Source: an uncultured bacterium (GTDB lineage Bacteria; Actinomycetota; Acidimicrobiia; Spongiisociales; UBA5794). From it: DNA of 64,000 nt. A program made the translations under genes and the position numbers. The notes below the pieces were generated by a model. It did not search any database. It was not told where the DNA came from and saw only the letters and a list, made by a program, of their open reading frames with translations. Positions 10,002-22,270 of the stretch are shown one piece after another. Where the stretch lies: positions 384,001 through 448,000 of the forward strand of contig CAWDDT010000006.1 of assembly GCA_963801165.1 (NCBI GenBank), written 5' to 3'. Each line of letters opens with the position of its first letter. Position 1 is the first letter of the stretch.

Positions 10002-11291
10002 ATGCCTTTCGTCGAGCCCCCCGATCTGAGCATCCTGCGCGACCTCAGCGGAAGCAGACACCGGGCCCGACCCATCGTATGGGGACAGGCGGTGTCCCTC
10101 CTCGGCGACTACATCGCCTACGTGACGGTACCTCTCTTCATCGTCCACCTCACCCACCGGGCATTTGACCTCGGCTTGACGTCGGCGGCGGAGACTCTGC
10201 CCACACTTCTGTTCGGCTTCACTGCCGGTGTCTTCCTCGACAGGTTTGCGATCAGGCCCATCCTCGTCGGCGCCGACTTGTTGCGCGCTGCCGCGTTCTT
10301 CTTGCTTGCCTTCGGTGCCGCCACCAATGTCGTCACCCCCTGGATGGTGTTTCTCGCAGCGTTCATAATCGGGTCGCTGGCCACCTTCTTCAACAGCGGT
10401 CTCGAGGCGTTGCTGCCTTCGGTGATTCCCGAGGAGCATCTGGTCACGGTGAACTCGCATCTGGCTCTGGCGCGGACAGCGGCGTTTGCGTTGGGCCCGG
10501 CCATCGGAGGCTTGCTCATCTCGGTGGGCGGCGGGTTTCCTGTCGCCTTTGCGGCCAACGCCGCAACCTTTCTAGTTTCCGCCTTCTACCTGGCGGGAGT
10601 GCGGGTCAAGCACCACGGCAAGCTCCCGTCCACAGAGAAATTTGTCACGGCTCTCCGCAGCGGCGTCGGGTTTCTGATGCGTCATCCCCAACTGCGTTGG
10701 ATGACGTTAGGGGCGGCCGTGGCCAACCTCGTCTTCGCTCCCCTGGAGGCAATGCTGCCCCTCTTCATCGAGAAGTACCTGGCATCCGGTGTCACGCCGC
10801 CTTCGTTCCTCCAGTTCCTCTTCTCCAACGAAGCCTTGATCGGGCTGTTCATCGGTCTCCAGGCGGCCGTCGGCAGCGCTCTCATCGCCATGGGACCCCG
10901 TATCGCCAGGCGGGCTCATCTCGGCAAGATGTTCGCCTGCGGGTTGCTTCTGTTTGGCGCGGGCTTCATCACGATGGCGCTTTCCAACAGCTTCTGGGGT
11001 TTCATCCCGGCCGGGTTGGGCGTCGGCGGTGTCGGCTTCGCCAACATCGCGATCGTGACCATGCGGCAGCGTCTCGCCCCACCCGAAATGCTCGGCCGGG
11101 TCGCGGCTGCCTCGCGCACGATGAGCTGGTCGCTGATCCCGCTCGGTGCCGCAATAGGCGGCGCCGTCGCCCAATGGGTTGGCATCCTCACCGTGTATCT
11201 GATCGGAAGCGCCGGGGTCATCATCACCGCGATCGCAGTGGCCAGGACCCAGGTGTGGACCGATCCCGTGGTGCGGTCGGTAGACGCCTAG
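10002..11291 (+). CDS. MFS transporter (DHA3/EntS-like)
   Basis: GQAVSLLGD, AGVFLDRF..RPILVGADLLR, PPEMLGRV; ~12 hydrophobic segments. Confidence 0.9.
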   Translation: MPFVEPPDLSILRDLSGSRHRARPIVWGQAVSLLGDYIAYVTVPLFIVHLTHRAFDLGLTSAAETLPTLLFGFTAGVFLDRFAIRPILVGADLLRAAAFFLLAFGAATNVVTPWMVFLAAFIIGSLATFFNSGLEALLPSVIPEEHLVTVNSHLALARTAAFALGPAIGGLLISVGGGFPVAFAANAATFLVSAFYLAGVRVKHHGKLPSTEKFVTALRSGVGFLMRHPQLRWMTLGAAVANLVFAPLEAMLPLFIEKYLASGVTPPSFLQFLFSNEALIGLFIGLQAAVGSALIAMGPRIARRAHLGKMFACGLLLFGAGFITMALSNSFWGFIPAGLGVGGVGFANIAIVTMRQRLAPPEMLGRVAAASRTMSWSLIPLGAAIGGAVAQWVGILTVYLIGSAGVIITAIAVARTQVWTDPVVRSVDA

Positions 11292-11322
11292 CAGGCGTCC
11301 GGCGGTGTGGCGGGCGGACGGC

Positions 11323-11445
11323 TCAGCGGAACCCACGCCGCTTCGGCTGGGTCTTGCCACGACCTCGCGCCAGCCACCCGATGAGGAACCCGAACAGCAC
11401 CGCAACCACGATCCAAACGATGATCTCTCCGGCCACGAACAACAT
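11323..11445 (-). CDS. 40-aa single-TM small protein, absent from ORF track
   Basis: MLFVAGEIIVWIVVAVLFGFLIGWLARGRGKTQPKRRGFR*; SD GGAGGA within the end of the upstream OmpA gene. Confidence 0.7.
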   Translation of the reverse strand: MLFVAGEIIVWIVVAVLFGFLIGWLARGRGKTQPKRRGFR

Positions 11446-11450
11446 GAGAG

Positions 11451-12671
11451 CTATTCCTCCAAAGCCTTGAATTCGATGCGGCGGTTGCGAGCCCTTCCCT
11501 CTTCCGTGTCGTTCGACGCCACCGGGAACTGCTCCCCGAAGCCCTGAACCACGAAACGCGTCGGATCCTGCCCCTTTGCGGTGAAATAGTCAAAGGCGGC
11601 CTGGGCTCTCCGTTCGCTCAGGTCTTGATTGGCGGCCTCGTCGCCCTGATTGTCGGTGTAGCCATCGATCTCGATCGGCACGTTCGGGAATTGCTCGAGC
11701 GCGTCGAGGATTTCGTTGAGGAGGTCGACGCCTGCGGGCGTCAGCCGGTCACTGTTCAACTCGAACTCGACGACCTTGCCTGCGATCAGATCGTCGATAT
11801 TCTGCTGGAGTTGCTCCACCTGCTGGTGGGTAAACGGCGGCGGTTCCGGGATGGAGAGACCATTGATGAAGTTGAACGTCGTTCCGTCCACAAACGCCTG
11901 CACTTGTTGCTCGGCATCGGCGCGCTGCTGCCGGGTCTCGTATTGACCGGTCACCTGGATAATGCGCTCCGCCGGATTGATGAACACTTTCCCCTCGGCG
12001 AGTGTTGTGCCACTGACGTCAATGATCCCAACGGCCGACGAGATCCAGTCGCGTTCGCTTGGAGCCCCTTCCTTGACGACGAACTCATCGGAGGTGACAT
12101 GATCGGGGAAGATCTCGTCGAGCGTCGACACCAGCAGGCTTCGGTTGGGCTCGCTCGACACCTCCCCGACGATCGTCGCATCGCCGGCTGCCCAGATGAC
12201 CGAGATCGGTCCGGCCACCACGGTCGGGCCGCTACGGTCGACAGGTGGCACGTACTCGAGGTCGGTGGTGACGCTGGTCACACCTTCGATGGCGAGGATG
12301 GCAGCCGGCAAGTCATCCTTGAACGTCTCCACACCAACGGTTCCCCGCAGCCGAATATCGGTTGCGGTGGCGTCGACCGATACCTCGGTCCTTTCGACCA
12401 CCGTGGGATCCTCCTCGGCCGCCTGTGCCACCGCACGGTCGATAGTCGCCATCGCCTCAGTCTCGAGACGGCTCTCGATCGCCTTCATCCCGAAGATCAG
12501 GGCAAGCACGGCGAGGATCAGGGTCCCCAAGACGGTTGCGGACACGAACATGCCCAGCTCGACGAGCTGGGTATCGCTCGGACGACCGGGCATGGGCGGG
12601 GACGGCCTGGCATTGCGCGAACCCGCTTCACCGATCTGTTGCAGCCGGTTTCTTACCTTCTTCTTCGCCAT
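11451..12671 (-). CDS. Membrane-anchored BON-like + OmpA-C peptidoglycan-binding protein (ArfA-like architecture)
   Basis: One TM; IRLRGTV..AIEGVTSVTTDL; GYTDNQGDEAANQDLSERRA, GRARNRRIEF. Confidence 0.85.
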   Translation of the reverse strand: MAKKKVRNRLQQIGEAGSRNARPSPPMPGRPSDTQLVELGMFVSATVLGTLILAVLALIFGMKAIESRLETEAMATIDRAVAQAAEEDPTVVERTEVSVDATATDIRLRGTVGVETFKDDLPAAILAIEGVTSVTTDLEYVPPVDRSGPTVVAGPISVIWAAGDATIVGEVSSEPNRSLLVSTLDEIFPDHVTSDEFVVKEGAPSERDWISSAVGIIDVSGTTLAEGKVFINPAERIIQVTGQYETRQQRADAEQQVQAFVDGTTFNFINGLSIPEPPPFTHQQVEQLQQNIDDLIAGKVVEFELNSDRLTPAGVDLLNEILDALEQFPNVPIEIDGYTDNQGDEAANQDLSERRAQAAFDYFTAKGQDPTRFVVQGFGEQFPVASNDTEEGRARNRRIEFKALEE

Positions 12672-12720
12672 GGATCTTCTTCGCCACCGATTTCTTTGCT
12701 ATCGGTCAACTGACCCGTCG

Positions 12721-12815
12721 TTCACCAACCAGGCATAGTTTCACCAACCAGGCATAGTTTCACCAACCAGGCATAGTTTCACCAACCAGGCATAGTTTCA
12801 CCAACCAGGCATAGT
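12721..12815. repeat. Perfect tandem repeat, 5 x 19 bp
   Basis: TTCACCAACCAGGCATAGT x5, no spacers. Confidence 0.97.
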
Positions 12816-12856
12816 AATGGTCGAACCGGCTATCGAGTGGCCGGGGGCACCTGGAG

Positions 12857-13561
12857 TCAGATCGCGAGCTCGTGCTCTGGTGACAACAGCGTGGCCTGTG
12901 GCTCCGCAGCGCTCGTCTCGTCGAGCACCATCTTGATGATCGCGTGGCGCTCGGCGCCCGTGGTCAGCATTTCCGCGACTGCGTCTTGCAGCAGCCGCAG
13001 TGCCGCGGCCAGCCGATCGTGTTGCTGTTCGGCGCCGGCGACGATCGCAGCTGCCTCCGCCTCAGCGGCCGTCAGCATCCGCTCGGCCTCGGCCCTGATG
13101 ACCAGCACGGCCCGCTCGCCGTCGGCGGCGGCCTTGGAGCGGATCATGGCCGACTCGCGCTCGGCGTCCCCGAGCATGGCGGATGCCTGATCGAGCATGA
13201 GCTTGGCCTGCTCCCGGAGCGTCTCGACCTCTTGGGCTCCCACACTGCTGGCGGCCTGGCTCTCGGCGCGTTCCAGAATCTCGTTCGCCCGCCTCTCGGC
13301 GTCAGCCAACATCAGCTGTTTCTTCTCGACCGCTTCTAGGAAGGCGTGTTCGATGCTCGATGAGGTCTCCCGGCGGGCATCCAGCTCAGACTCGAGCGTC
13401 TTCACCTTGCCAAAGAGGGCGGCAGTCTTGTCCTCGAGTTGCCGCACAGCGATCACCGTCGCATCGATGAACCCGTCGACCTCACCACGGTCGTACCCAC
13501 GCACAGCCAGCGAAAACTGTGCGCCTTCGATCTCGTTCCAAAGCTTCACGGCCGTCTCCAT
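12857..13561 (-). CDS. DivIVA-domain coiled-coil protein
   Basis: FSLAVRGYDRGEVDGFID then A/E-rich coiled coil; start uncertain (13561 or 13603). Confidence 0.8.
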   Translation of the reverse strand: METAVKLWNEIEGAQFSLAVRGYDRGEVDGFIDATVIAVRQLEDKTAALFGKVKTLESELDARRETSSSIEHAFLEAVEKKQLMLADAERRANEILERAESQAASSVGAQEVETLREQAKLMLDQASAMLGDAERESAMIRSKAAADGERAVLVIRAEAERMLTAAEAEAAAIVAGAEQQHDRLAAALRLLQDAVAEMLTTGAERHAIIKMVLDETSAAEPQATLLSPEHELAI

Positions 13562-13605
13562 ATCTCGACAGCCCCCTACCGCCACTCGTAGTGTATCGGT
13601 CACTA

Positions 13606-14076
13606 CTATGCGTGGTCAAGGTATTTCGTCAGCCTCGCGAGAAATGGAACTTGCGCCGGATTGAGCAACCGCGCGGCTTGCTCCACCGAAACCCAGGCGA
13701 CCCGATCCACCTCGGGGAAATCGATGACCCGACCGCTCCCGCGCGGCCACTCCATGGTCACCAGGTTCGAGCTCGCCTGCGCCGGGTCAACGGCACCGGG
13801 AGCGGCCCATGCCATCACCTCTTTCCCGGATCGCATTGTGACCGAGCCGAGTGAAAAGATGTCTCCGGAGTCCACGGAGAACCCGGTCTCCTCGGTGAAT
13901 TCCCGCAGCGCAGCCTGCTCGGGATCCTCACCCTGCTCTACCAGCCCTTTCGGCACGCTCCACGCCCCGGAGTCCTTCCTCGCCCAGAACGGCCCGCCCG
14001 GGTGGGCAATCAGCACCTCGACATCACCGCGGTCTCGCCGGAACATGAGGATGCCGGCACTCCGCTGCCCGGTCAC
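13606..14076 (-). CDS. NUDIX hydrolase
   Basis: HPGGPFWARKD..WSVPKG..EDPEQAALREFTEETG; GTGA overlap with upstream gene. Confidence 0.9.
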   Translation of the reverse strand: MTGQRSAGILMFRRDRGDVEVLIAHPGGPFWARKDSGAWSVPKGLVEQGEDPEQAALREFTEETGFSVDSGDIFSLGSVTMRSGKEVMAWAAPGAVDPAQASSNLVTMEWPRGSGRVIDFPEVDRVAWVSVEQAARLLNPAQVPFLARLTKYLDHA

Positions 14077-15392
14077 AGAGGTTGGATCGGCGGCGGTTCC
14101 GGTGGCGGCTCCGGTGGCGGCGGATCGGTGACAATAGGGTTGTACGAATGCGACCAACTCTCGAAGCTCGACGTGCCGTCCTGATAGCGGATCGTGCGGG
14201 TCACGGTCGCATAGCCTCCGCCCGAGGTCGTTGCCGACCCGGTCAAAGTGGTCGACACGACACGCCGGCCATTGGCTCCGACCAGGCGCACAGTGATGCT
14301 GGTATCGGTGTGCTCGGTTTCGATGGTCACCGGATAGTCCGTGTCATTGCGAAACACCACGTCGGGCAGCGTCCAGCCCAGCGTCGCTTCCCGGCCCAGT
14401 GGATATCGTGGGAAGTAGATCGAGTGCGGCTGGTGGTACACGTCTTGGAGACCGGCGAAGAAGATGGCGTTGTACAGAGTCGTGGCGAACTGGCTCGTAC
14501 CGCCACCCACCTCGGCCACCAGCTCCCCGCTGCGGATGGCACCGGCCGGAACGTATCCCTTCTCCGTAGTCCGCTCCCCGACGTAGTCGTTCAACGACCA
14601 CGTCTCCCCTACCGGCACGACGGCGCCGTCGACGGTGTCGGCTATCAGGTGGATGTTGGTGACGCGTGATTCGCAGCACTTGTGATAGGTCGTGAACTCG
14701 CCCAGAACGTAGGGACGAATGGGCGGCACGATCGGCTGCAGATCCAGAGCCCGCACCAGGAACACGGCGAGGTTCTTACGCCGAATCGGGTTCTCGGGGC
14801 AGAAGGTGGTTTCCCCGCACCCGCTCGTGATCCCGGCGGCAGCGAGCGCTTCGATCTCGGTCTGGAACACCGAAGAGTCGTCGTCGGTAAACGTGTCGAC
14901 ACCCTCGGGCGCCTCATAGCCAAAGCCGCGGACGAGAAAGGCTGCCATCTCACCGCGCGTTATCGGGCGGTCGGGGCAGAACATGTCATTGACGGGCGGG
15001 TTGCAGCCCTTAGTGACATCCGCCGCGACCAGCGCGGCGATGTCGGCCTCGTGAGGCGAGCCATCGTCATCGATGAACTGGTCCGCACCGGCCGTAGACG
15101 GCAGATGGAGCGCCCGTACCAGGAACGAGGCGACCTGACCGCGAGTCACCGACTCATCGGGGCAGAAGAGATCATCGGCGGGCGGGTTGCAACCCTTCGT
15201 CACACCCGAAGCGGCCAGAGCCTCGATGTAGCCCTCCTGCTGCATGTCGTCATCGTCCAGAAAGGTCCCCCCGGGCGACAACCCGACGTCGGAATCGTCG
15301 GCACCGGCCGGAACAGCCGGTGCCAGCAGCGCGGCCACGGCCGCAAGCACAACCAGCAGCCGAACCGCTCTGAGATCGAGGAACCAACGCAT
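14073..15392 (-). CDS. Secreted SLH-repeat protein with VanW domain
   Basis: Signal peptide; three GxTxGC..FCP..(T)RG SLH-like repeats; GGGTSQFATTLYNA, HS.YFPRYPLGREAT. Confidence 0.85.
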   Translation of the reverse strand: MRWFLDLRAVRLLVVLAAVAALLAPAVPAGADDSDVGLSPGGTFLDDDDMQQEGYIEALAASGVTKGCNPPADDLFCPDESVTRGQVASFLVRALHLPSTAGADQFIDDDGSPHEADIAALVAADVTKGCNPPVNDMFCPDRPITRGEMAAFLVRGFGYEAPEGVDTFTDDDSSVFQTEIEALAAAGITSGCGETTFCPENPIRRKNLAVFLVRALDLQPIVPPIRPYVLGEFTTYHKCCESRVTNIHLIADTVDGAVVPVGETWSLNDYVGERTTEKGYVPAGAIRSGELVAEVGGGTSQFATTLYNAIFFAGLQDVYHQPHSIYFPRYPLGREATLGWTLPDVVFRNDTDYPVTIETEHTDTSITVRLVGANGRRVVSTTLTGSATTSGGGYATVTRTIRYQDGTSSFESWSHSYNPIVTDPPPPEPPPEPPPIQPL

Positions 15393-15528
15393 TCCGTTAA
15401 CCACCAAATAGCGAGGTTATCGCCCATCGGCCAGCTATGAAAAATCCTTCTCCACGGACTATGGGATAGGGCTAGGGTTGCCCACGGAGAGTGCGGCGTC
15501 GCAGACGCCGTGTATCGAGGGAGAATGA

Positions 15529-18824
<3,296 letters not shown>

Positions 18825-18843
<19 letters not shown>

Positions 18844-18867
18844 GGGGCATCATCAACAAACCATGAG
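18825..18867 (+). repeat. 20-bp direct duplication of the protease 3' end including stop codon
   Basis: CATCATCAACAAACCATGAG at 18825 and 18848. Confidence 0.9.
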
Positions 18868-18881
18868 CGGTCGCAAATGAA

Positions 18882-18918
18882 GGAAACGGCCGGTCCCCGC
18901 ATGGTGCCGGCCGTTTCC
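18882..18918. terminator. Hairpin between convergent genes
   Basis: GGAAACGGCCGG...CCGGCCGTTTCC. Confidence 0.65.
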
Positions 18919-19001
18919 GTCCTCCCCGCACGATCTAGAAGGGTGCTGTTTCATCGCCATAAAGGTCGCGGCGCTCGACACACCACCGTCGTCAGCGGTG
19001 C

Positions 19002-19871
19002 CTACCCCAGAATCAAGACCCGCAGCTGATCGAACACACCTGGAGTCGCGGCCAGGATGGTGCCGTTGTTCATCTCGGACCCCAGCTCGACCCTGGCCCC
19101 CGCCTCCGTCGCCAGGAACGCACCGGCTGCGACATCCCACTCCTTGAGCCCTTCCTGGTAAAACGCCTCCAATCGCCCGCAGGCGACCCAGCACAGATGG
19201 AGCGCCGCAGACCCGAAACAGCGGATATCGCGCGCCTCGGGAAGCACACGCGCCACGACGGCCCCTTCGCGGCGCCGCACCTCTGCGGCGCAGGAGAATC
19301 CAGTGCCGACCAGGGCGTCACTCAACCCGGTTGTCGAGCTAGGCGCAACGAGCGCACCTTCTCGACGTACCCCGTTGCCGACGCTGCCTCTGAAGACCTC
19401 CGCACGCACCACGTCGACAACGGCGCCTGCGACCACCTCGCCGTCGACCGTTGCCGCAATCGAGACGCTCATGACGGGAAGGTCATAGAGGAAGTTGACG
19501 GTACCGTCGATCGGGTCGATCACCCATCCGATCGACGTCGTGCCCTCGATCGGGGCCCGTTCCTCGCCACAAATCGCGGCACCAGGTGTGGCCGCCAACA
19601 GCCGGCCGCGGATGAAGGTCTCGACCTCGACATCGGCAGCGGTGACGACATCCGTCGGTGTGGACTTCGTCTTTACTGTCTGGGTTCTTCCCAGGTGGTT
19701 TCGAATCAGCTCAGCCGCCGCTTCTGCGACATCGACGGCAATCTCCTCGAGCCCGGCGGGGTCCTCGCTCTCCGGCGATCCGAGGACGTTCCACGCAAGC
19801 GCGGTGGCGTCGGGGTGCAACGCGGACCCGCCGGCAACGGGAGGGCGAACGGGTACACGCTCAGTCGGCAC
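19002..19871 (-). CDS. Inositol monophosphatase family protein
   Basis: GEE, WVIDPIDGTVNF, FGSAAL, WDVAAG; start uncertain. Confidence 0.9.
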   Translation of the reverse strand: MPTERVPVRPPVAGGSALHPDATALAWNVLGSPESEDPAGLEEIAVDVAEAAAELIRNHLGRTQTVKTKSTPTDVVTAADVEVETFIRGRLLAATPGAAICGEERAPIEGTTSIGWVIDPIDGTVNFLYDLPVMSVSIAATVDGEVVAGAVVDVVRAEVFRGSVGNGVRREGALVAPSSTTGLSDALVGTGFSCAAEVRRREGAVVARVLPEARDIRCFGSAALHLCWVACGRLEAFYQEGLKEWDVAAGAFLATEAGARVELGSEMNNGTILAATPGVFDQLRVLILG

Positions 19872-20655
19872 AGATCACCTGCGGGCCTAATTGCCTGAGC
19901 GCGTTGATCGTGTCCTCGGGCACTCCGTCGTCGGTCACAATCGTGTCGATCTCTTCGACGGCGGCAAACCGAAATATCTGATCGTTGCCAACCTTGGCGT
20001 GGTCGAACAGCATGACAACGCGACGTGCGGCGGCGATCATGGCTCGCTTTATGGCGACTTCCTCACGGTAGGGCGTGGTGAAGCCACGCGCCGGCGACAC
20101 TCGATCCGTGCTGATGAAAAGAACATCAACGGCGAGGTCCCGAACAGTGTCGACGCCGGTCGCATCGACCATGGCCATCGTGTTCTTCTTGAGAAAACCG
20201 CCGATTACGTTCACTTCGATGGCGTCTCGCGTCGACAGAGACTGAATCACCGGAATGGAATTGGTGAAGACAGTCAGCTCGCGATCGTTCGGCAGCAACT
20301 CGGCGAAGAAACTGAGGGTGCTCCCGGAGTCGATCATGATCGTCCCCTCGCCGGGAAGCTCTTCCACGGCGCGGCGTGCGATCTTCCGCTTCTCAGCGGC
20401 GTTCTGGGTGTCACGTATGATCAGCCTCGGCTCATGCCGGACCCGCTGGTAGGCGACGGCGCCGCCGTGTACCCGCCGCACGATCCGCCTCCGGTCGAGT
20501 TCGGAGAGGTCACGCCTGATCGTCTCAGTCGTCACGGCAAATCGTCGCGCCAGATCGGCAACCTCGACACGGCCCTCATCGAAGACCAGTCGCGCTATCT
20601 CGTCCTGGCGCTCGGATTGGAACCGAGGACGGTCGGCCGTGTCTTCGATGGTCAT
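19861..20655 (-). CDS. DeoR/GlpR family transcriptional regulator
   Basis: VTTETIRRDL..RRVHGGA, IDSGST, TNS. Confidence 0.95.
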   Translation of the reverse strand: MTIEDTADRPRFQSERQDEIARLVFDEGRVEVADLARRFAVTTETIRRDLSELDRRRIVRRVHGGAVAYQRVRHEPRLIIRDTQNAAEKRKIARRAVEELPGEGTIMIDSGSTLSFFAELLPNDRELTVFTNSIPVIQSLSTRDAIEVNVIGGFLKKNTMAMVDATGVDTVRDLAVDVLFISTDRVSPARGFTTPYREEVAIKRAMIAAARRVVMLFDHAKVGNDQIFRFAAVEEIDTIVTDDGVPEDTINALRQLGPQVICAD

Positions 20656-20666
20656 GGGTGCTCGCC

Positions 20667-22130
20667 TCAGGTGACGTTCAGGACCGAACTAAGCGTGGCG
20701 CGGACACCGCGCGAACGCAATTCGTTCAGACTACCGACAAAGGCCGTGCGAAAGCGGGCATCTTGGACGAGGTCGTCGCCAAAGACCCGAGCGTAGGTGA
20801 GAAAGTGCTCCGGGTTCGCCAGCGACTGACGTGCGACCGACCGTGCGTTCTCGAGATCGGGATCAGAAGCCAGCCGGATCTCACTGCCGTCATCGGCGAC
20901 TCCCACCAGGTACGAGCACCAACCGGCCAGAGCCAGCGCACTGAGGCCGATCGGTCCGCCGGCGCGCAGCTGATTTCTTATCGTCGGCATGAGGAACTTC
21001 GGGAACTTCGCCGATCCGTCGAGACACAGTCGAGAGATCTGATCCCCGATCGCCGGATTGGAGAATCGCTCGACGAGCTTCGCCTCGTAGGCGGGAACGT
21101 CGATGCCGGGGATGTTGGGCAAAACCGGACCTGCCTCCTTCTCGAGGAATGAGCCGAGAAAACCGCGCAACAGCGGCTCCGCCATCGCCTCGTCGACGTA
21201 CTCGACACCGGCGAGCGCGGCCAGATATGCCATCGTCGAGTGACCTGCGTTGAGCAGTCTCAGCTTCATGAGCTCGTACGGCTCGACATCGCCGGTCACA
21301 GTGATGTCCAGGTCTTCCCAAGGAGGACGTCCCGCAACGAATGAGTCCTCGATCACCCACTGGCGAAACGGCTCGGTGATGACGGGCCACCCGTCCTCGA
21401 GACCGTACTCGTCGGCCAGGTAGGCACGATCGGCATCGGTGGTAGCCGGCGTGATCCGGTCCACCATGGCGTTGGGGAACGTCACGTTCTCATCGATCCA
21501 ACGCGCCAGTACGGGGTCGAGCTCCTCGGCGACACCGAGCACGGCCAGGCGGGCGACCGAGCCGTTCTCGATCACGTTGTCACAACTCATCACGGTAATC
21601 GGGCCGACCCCGGTGTCCCTCCTCCTGCGCAGGGCGGCCACGATCACACCAAAAGCACTGTCCCGCCCTGCGGGAGCCCTGGCGGGATCGTAAACGCGAG
21701 CGTCCTCATCCACCGGGTAACCGCCCTCGGTGACGGTTAGCGAGACGATCCTCGTCGCCGGGTCGGCGATGCGAGCGACAAGTGGCTCTATGTCGCCCGC
21801 GGCCAGGATGTAGTCGACGATGCTGCCTATGACCTGTGCCTTGGTCTCGGCCTCGCCCCGGGTCACCAGGGTGTAGAGGCCGTCCTGAGCACCAAGCACC
21901 CGGGCCATCCCGGCGTCGGCGGCCATGACTCCACTCCCGGCTATCGCCCAGTCGCGGTGACCGGCGGCGGCGAGCTCGTCGGCGTAGGTGGCGAGATGGG
22001 CACGATGGAAGCCACCGACACCGATGTGGACGATCCCGGCTACGAGTGCCGTGCGATCGTATGTGGGGACGACAATCCTGGGATCGAGGTTGTCGAGCGT
22101 GGCTGCTTGGAGAGATACGACTGGACTCAT
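20667..22130 (-). CDS. Mannitol/arabitol 2-dehydrogenase family (long-chain polyol dehydrogenase)
   Basis: IVHIGVGGFHRAH, SLTVTEGGY, SCDN, MVDRITP, KLRLLNAGH; start reassigned to ATG 22130. Confidence 0.93.
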   Translation of the reverse strand: MSPVVSLQAATLDNLDPRIVVPTYDRTALVAGIVHIGVGGFHRAHLATYADELAAAGHRDWAIAGSGVMAADAGMARVLGAQDGLYTLVTRGEAETKAQVIGSIVDYILAAGDIEPLVARIADPATRIVSLTVTEGGYPVDEDARVYDPARAPAGRDSAFGVIVAALRRRRDTGVGPITVMSCDNVIENGSVARLAVLGVAEELDPVLARWIDENVTFPNAMVDRITPATTDADRAYLADEYGLEDGWPVITEPFRQWVIEDSFVAGRPPWEDLDITVTGDVEPYELMKLRLLNAGHSTMAYLAALAGVEYVDEAMAEPLLRGFLGSFLEKEAGPVLPNIPGIDVPAYEAKLVERFSNPAIGDQISRLCLDGSAKFPKFLMPTIRNQLRAGGPIGLSALALAGWCSYLVGVADDGSEIRLASDPDLENARSVARQSLANPEHFLTYARVFGDDLVQDARFRTAFVGSLNELRSRGVRATLSSVLNVT

Positions 22131-22137
22131 AGAAATG

Positions 22138-22222
22138 GTTATACCAACGCAAAACCAAAAAATCAATGTTGATTTTTCTGTGTATTGCCGCGATAATGCC
22201 CCGAAAGCCAACAGAAAACCAA
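22138..22222. promoter_or_regulatory. Divergent sigma-70-type promoters with back-to-back -35 boxes and candidate DeoR operators
   Basis: Minus: TTGATT-N17-TATAAC-N7-ATG; plus: TTGATT-N17-GATAAT; repeats CCAACnnAAAACCAA at 22144 and 22208. Confidence 0.7.
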
Positions 22223-22270
22223 GTTGGTACGACCGCCGGCGGAGGAGCCGGCGGGAGGAAGGAGACTTAA

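Noticed and set aside
12721-12739. Resemblance of the 19-bp unit (minus strand ACTATGCCTGGTTGGTGAA) to the pilin spacer motif ACTACTCCTGGTGTTGGCTGA
   Set aside because: Needs several gaps over a short length; cannot be told from chance
12721-12815. Possible CRISPR array
   Set aside because: Units are contiguous with no spacers, and there are no cas genes in the window
14073-15392. Vancomycin resistance locus (VanW), or aminoglycoside resistance (APH-like gene at 26552)
   Set aside because: No vanHAX or vanRS; both domains are widespread outside resistance contexts
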